Source: an uncultured Actinomycetota bacterium (GTDB lineage: Bacteria > Actinomycetota > Actinomycetes > JAHEKZ01). From it: a stretch of 64,000 nt of DNA. Below the pieces are notes generated by a model. That model searched no databases. It was given only the letters and a program-made list of their open reading frames with translations, and was not told the DNA's origin. Position numbers and translations under genes: made by a program. Location: positions 323,207 through 387,206 of the forward strand of contig CAVURN010000003.1 of NCBI GenBank assembly GCA_963743915.1. Reading direction: 5' to 3'. Positions 61,792 to 64,000 of the stretch are shown in pieces (within the stretch, counting starts at the first letter, position 1; each line of letters begins with the position of its first letter).

Positions 61792-63164
61792 CCGCGCCAC
61801 CGTTCGACGTCGTCGTCATCGGTGCGGGTGTCGTGGGATGCGCCGTGGCCCGTCAGCTCGCGGGCCACCAGCTGTCGGTGGCGCTGGTGGAGTCACGACG
61901 CGACGTGGGAGACGTCACGAGCAAGGCGAACACCGCCATCCTGCACACCGGGTTCGACGCGACTCCGGGGACTCTCGAGTCGCGCCTGGTGTCCCGGGGC
62001 TACGAGCTGCTCTCCGACTACGCCGCGGTCACGGGCATTCCCGTCGAACGAACCGGCGCAGTGCTCGTCGCCTGGACGGACGAGGAGCTGGCAGCGTTGC
62101 CTGCGCTGCGCGAGAAGGCTGAGCGCAACGGCTACCGGCGCTGCGAGCTCCTCACGGCCGAGGCCGTCTACGCCCTGGTGTCGTCGCTCGGACCAGGCGC
62201 CCTCGGAGGCATGAGCGTCCCCGACGAGTCGATCATCTGTCCGTGGACGACCACGCTGGCGTTGGCCACCGACTCCCTGCAGCGTGGCGTCGCGCTGCAC
62301 CTCGCCCACACCGTCACCGATGTGGTGGTCGACGGACCGATCACCACGGTGGTCACCGACCAGGGAGACCTGTCCACCCGGTGGGTGGTCAACGCCGCGG
62401 GTCTGGGCGCAGACATCATCGACCGACGGCTGGGCCACGACCGGTTCACCGTCGTTCCCCGACGGGGTGAGCTGTTGGTGTTCGACAAGCTGGCGCGCGC
62501 CCTGGTCGACACCATCGTGCTGCCGGTGCCCAGCAGCAAGGGCAAGGGTGTGCTCGTGAGTCCGACCATCTACGGCAACGTGATGCTCGGTCCGACGGCT
62601 GAGGACAGGACGGACCGCACCGACACATCGACCTCCGAGGACGGCATCGCGTTCCTCCTGGACAAGGGACGGACGCTCATGCCGGCGCTGCTGGATGAGG
62701 AGGTGACCGCCACCTACGCGGGGCTGCGAGCAGCCACCGAGCACGGGGACTACGTCATCGAGCTCGACGTCGCACAGCGCTCGTTGCTGCTCGGTGGCAT
62801 CCGGTCCACCGGACTCACGGCGTCGTTGGCGATCGCCGAGCATGCAGCCGAGCTGCTCGGAGCAGCGCTCGAGATGTCTCCACGACACGACCTCCCCGAA
62901 CCACCGCGGATGCCGATGATCGGTGAGAGCTTCCCGCGTCCGTACGAGCGTTCGGATCTGATCGACGGCGACAGCGCGTACGGGACACTCGTGTGCTTCT
63001 GCGAGCGGGTGAGCCTCGGTGAGATCCGGGACGCCGTGACCTCACCGTTGCCGCCCTCCGATCTCGACGGCCTCCGACGACGCACGCGGGCCATGATGGG
63101 CCGCTGCCAGGGGTTCTACTGCGGCGCCGAGGTCGAGGCGCTGCTGAAGGCGGGAACCCGATGA
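61788..63164 (+). CDS. FAD-dependent oxidoreductase (glycerol-3-phosphate dehydrogenase/LhgO-like) with a C-terminal BFD-like [2Fe-2S] domain
   Basis: FDVVVIGAGVVGCAVARQL (FAD GxGxxG motif) and C-terminal CFCERVSLGEIRDAV...RTRAMMGRCQGFYC (BFD-like Cys pattern). The start overlaps the kinase stop. Confidence 0.8.
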   Translation: MTAPPFDVVVIGAGVVGCAVARQLAGHQLSVALVESRRDVGDVTSKANTAILHTGFDATPGTLESRLVSRGYELLSDYAAVTGIPVERTGAVLVAWTDEELAALPALREKAERNGYRRCELLTAEAVYALVSSLGPGALGGMSVPDESIICPWTTTLALATDSLQRGVALHLAHTVTDVVVDGPITTVVTDQGDLSTRWVVNAAGLGADIIDRRLGHDRFTVVPRRGELLVFDKLARALVDTIVLPVPSSKGKGVLVSPTIYGNVMLGPTAEDRTDRTDTSTSEDGIAFLLDKGRTLMPALLDEEVTATYAGLRAATEHGDYVIELDVAQRSLLLGGIRSTGLTASLAIAEHAAELLGAALEMSPRHDLPEPPRMPMIGESFPRPYERSDLIDGDSAYGTLVCFCERVSLGEIRDAVTSPLPPSDLDGLRRRTRAMMGRCQGFYCGAEVEALLKAGTR

Positions 63165-64000
63165 CGGCGCAGACGGAGTCGGTCGATGTCGTGGTCGTCG
63201 GTGCCGGGCCGGCTGGGCTCACGGCCGCAGCAGAGCTTCGGTGCCGCGGCGTCCCCTCCGTCGTGGTGCTCGACCGCGAGGTCCAGGCGGGCGGCATCCC
63301 CCGCCACAGCGACCACACCGGTTTCGGTGTCCGTGACCTCCGTCGGCTGCTGAGCGGTCCGGCGTACGCACGACGGCTGGTGCAGCTGGCGGAGTCGGCT
63401 GGTGCGCAGATCCGGACCCGGTCGATGGTCACCGGCTGGGCGGACGACGCCGCACTCCTGGTCACCAGTCCGCAAGGCCGCTACCGGCTGGACGCCGGAG
63501 CCGTCGTGCTCGCCACGGGGGCACGGGAGCGGCCACGCAGCGCGCGGTTGGTCCCGGGCGATCGCCCAGCAGGTGTGCTGACCACAGGACAGCTGCAGAA
63601 CGCGGTGCACCTGCACGGCCGACCGGTGGACGGCCCCGCGGTCATCGTGGGCTCTGAGCTCGTCAGCTGGTCGGCGGCGATGACGTTGCGCGAAGCCGGG
63701 TGTCGCTCGGCGGTCATGGTGACGCCTCACCCGCGCCCGGAGGCCTACGGCGCCTTCGCGGTCACCGGACGGGTGGCGCTCGGTGTCGATCTGCGCACGC
63801 ATACCCGAGTGACGCGCATCCTCGGTCACGACCGGGTCGAGGCGGTCGAGCTCACAGATCTCGCGACCGGAAGGCGGTATCTGGAGCCCTGCAGCACGGT
63901 GGTGTTCACCGGGGACTGGATCCCTGACCACGAGCTCGCCCGACTGCGCGGGATCGAGATCGACCCCGCCCACCGGGGACCGCTCGTCGACGCTGCGCTC
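63161..64000 (+). CDS. FAD/NAD(P)-binding pyridine-nucleotide-disulfide-type oxidoreductase, 3' end outside the window
   Basis: My own translation from the ATG at 63161 (ATGA overlap): MTAQTESVDVVVVGAGPAGLTAAAELRCRG...VVLATGARERPRSARLVPGDRPAGVLTTGQLQ...AVIVGSELVSWSAAMTL. It is open to the window edge, so it is absent from the ORF track. Confidence 0.75.
   Translation, partial: MTAQTESVDVVVVGAGPAGLTAAAELRCRGVPSVVVLDREVQAGGIPRHSDHTGFGVRDLRRLLSGPAYARRLVQLAESAGAQIRTRSMVTGWADDAALLVTSPQGRYRLDAGAVVLATGARERPRSARLVPGDRPAGVLTTGQLQNAVHLHGRPVDGPAVIVGSELVSWSAAMTLREAGCRSAVMVTPHPRPEAYGAFAVTGRVALGVDLRTHTRVTRILGHDRVEAVELTDLATGRRYLEPCSTVVFTGDWIPDHELARLRGIEIDPAHRGPLVDAAL

Overview
This is a very GC-rich, actinobacterial-type chromosome segment centred on the replication origin. 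It is tightly packed with mostly housekeeping genes.

**Gene content, left to right**
- 1-8532 (minus strand): one long translationally coupled operon. It encodes a Tat-exported PhoX/DUF839-like protein, a GntR regulator, an enolase paralogue, a MOFRL glycerate kinase and a PotABCD-like ABC importer.
- A small accessory patch follows: two hypothetical proteins and a CPBP protease.
- Then tRNA-Ala, a DLW-39 micro-protein and tRNA-Ile.
- The classical origin block comes next. On the minus strand: DUF3566-gyrA-gyrB-dciA(DUF721)-recF-dnaN-[oriC with DnaA boxes]-dnaA. On the plus strand: rpmH-rnpA-yidD-yidC-jag-rsmG-parA-parB, with two perfect parS palindromes.
- A mycobacterial-type envelope block follows: galK, a cwlM-like amidase, trxA, trxB, anti-sigma plus ECF sigma, a stand-alone pseudokinase, NlpC/P60, murJ, DUF6049, an orphan MCP and the CCA-adding enzyme.
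- The rest is MFS, ino1-padR, DUF5318, a class A PBP, GT87, a GNAT / alanine-racemase-like / FemAB cluster, xthA, rpsF-ssb-rpsR-rplI, murT-gatD, dnaB, an arr rifampicin ADP-ribosyltransferase, and a glycerol-kinase-like / FAD-oxidoreductase cluster that runs off the window.

**What was not found**
I saw no CRISPR array, transposase, integrase, prophage or recognisable defence system. I did not find a convincing, wholly new multi-gene system.

**Most noteworthy observations**
1. Eleven +1 frame breaks occur in conserved genes, six of them in gyrB. They look like short-homopolymer insertion errors rather than biology.
2. The PhoX-like/GntR/enolase/glycerate-kinase/ABC operon.
3. The MurJ and pseudokinase genes are split by an inserted NlpC/P60 three-gene module, and an MCP is embedded in the same conserved block.
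4. The GatD homologue lacks the expected catalytic Cys.
5. DnaA-box-like GTCCAC clusters lie upstream of dnaB and of rpsF-ssb.
6. Two structured intergenic elements: a 4 x 13-bp CGAT repeat array, and twin 48-nt hairpin units with alternative pairings.

All calls come from reading the sequence and the ORF track by eye. No database search was run.
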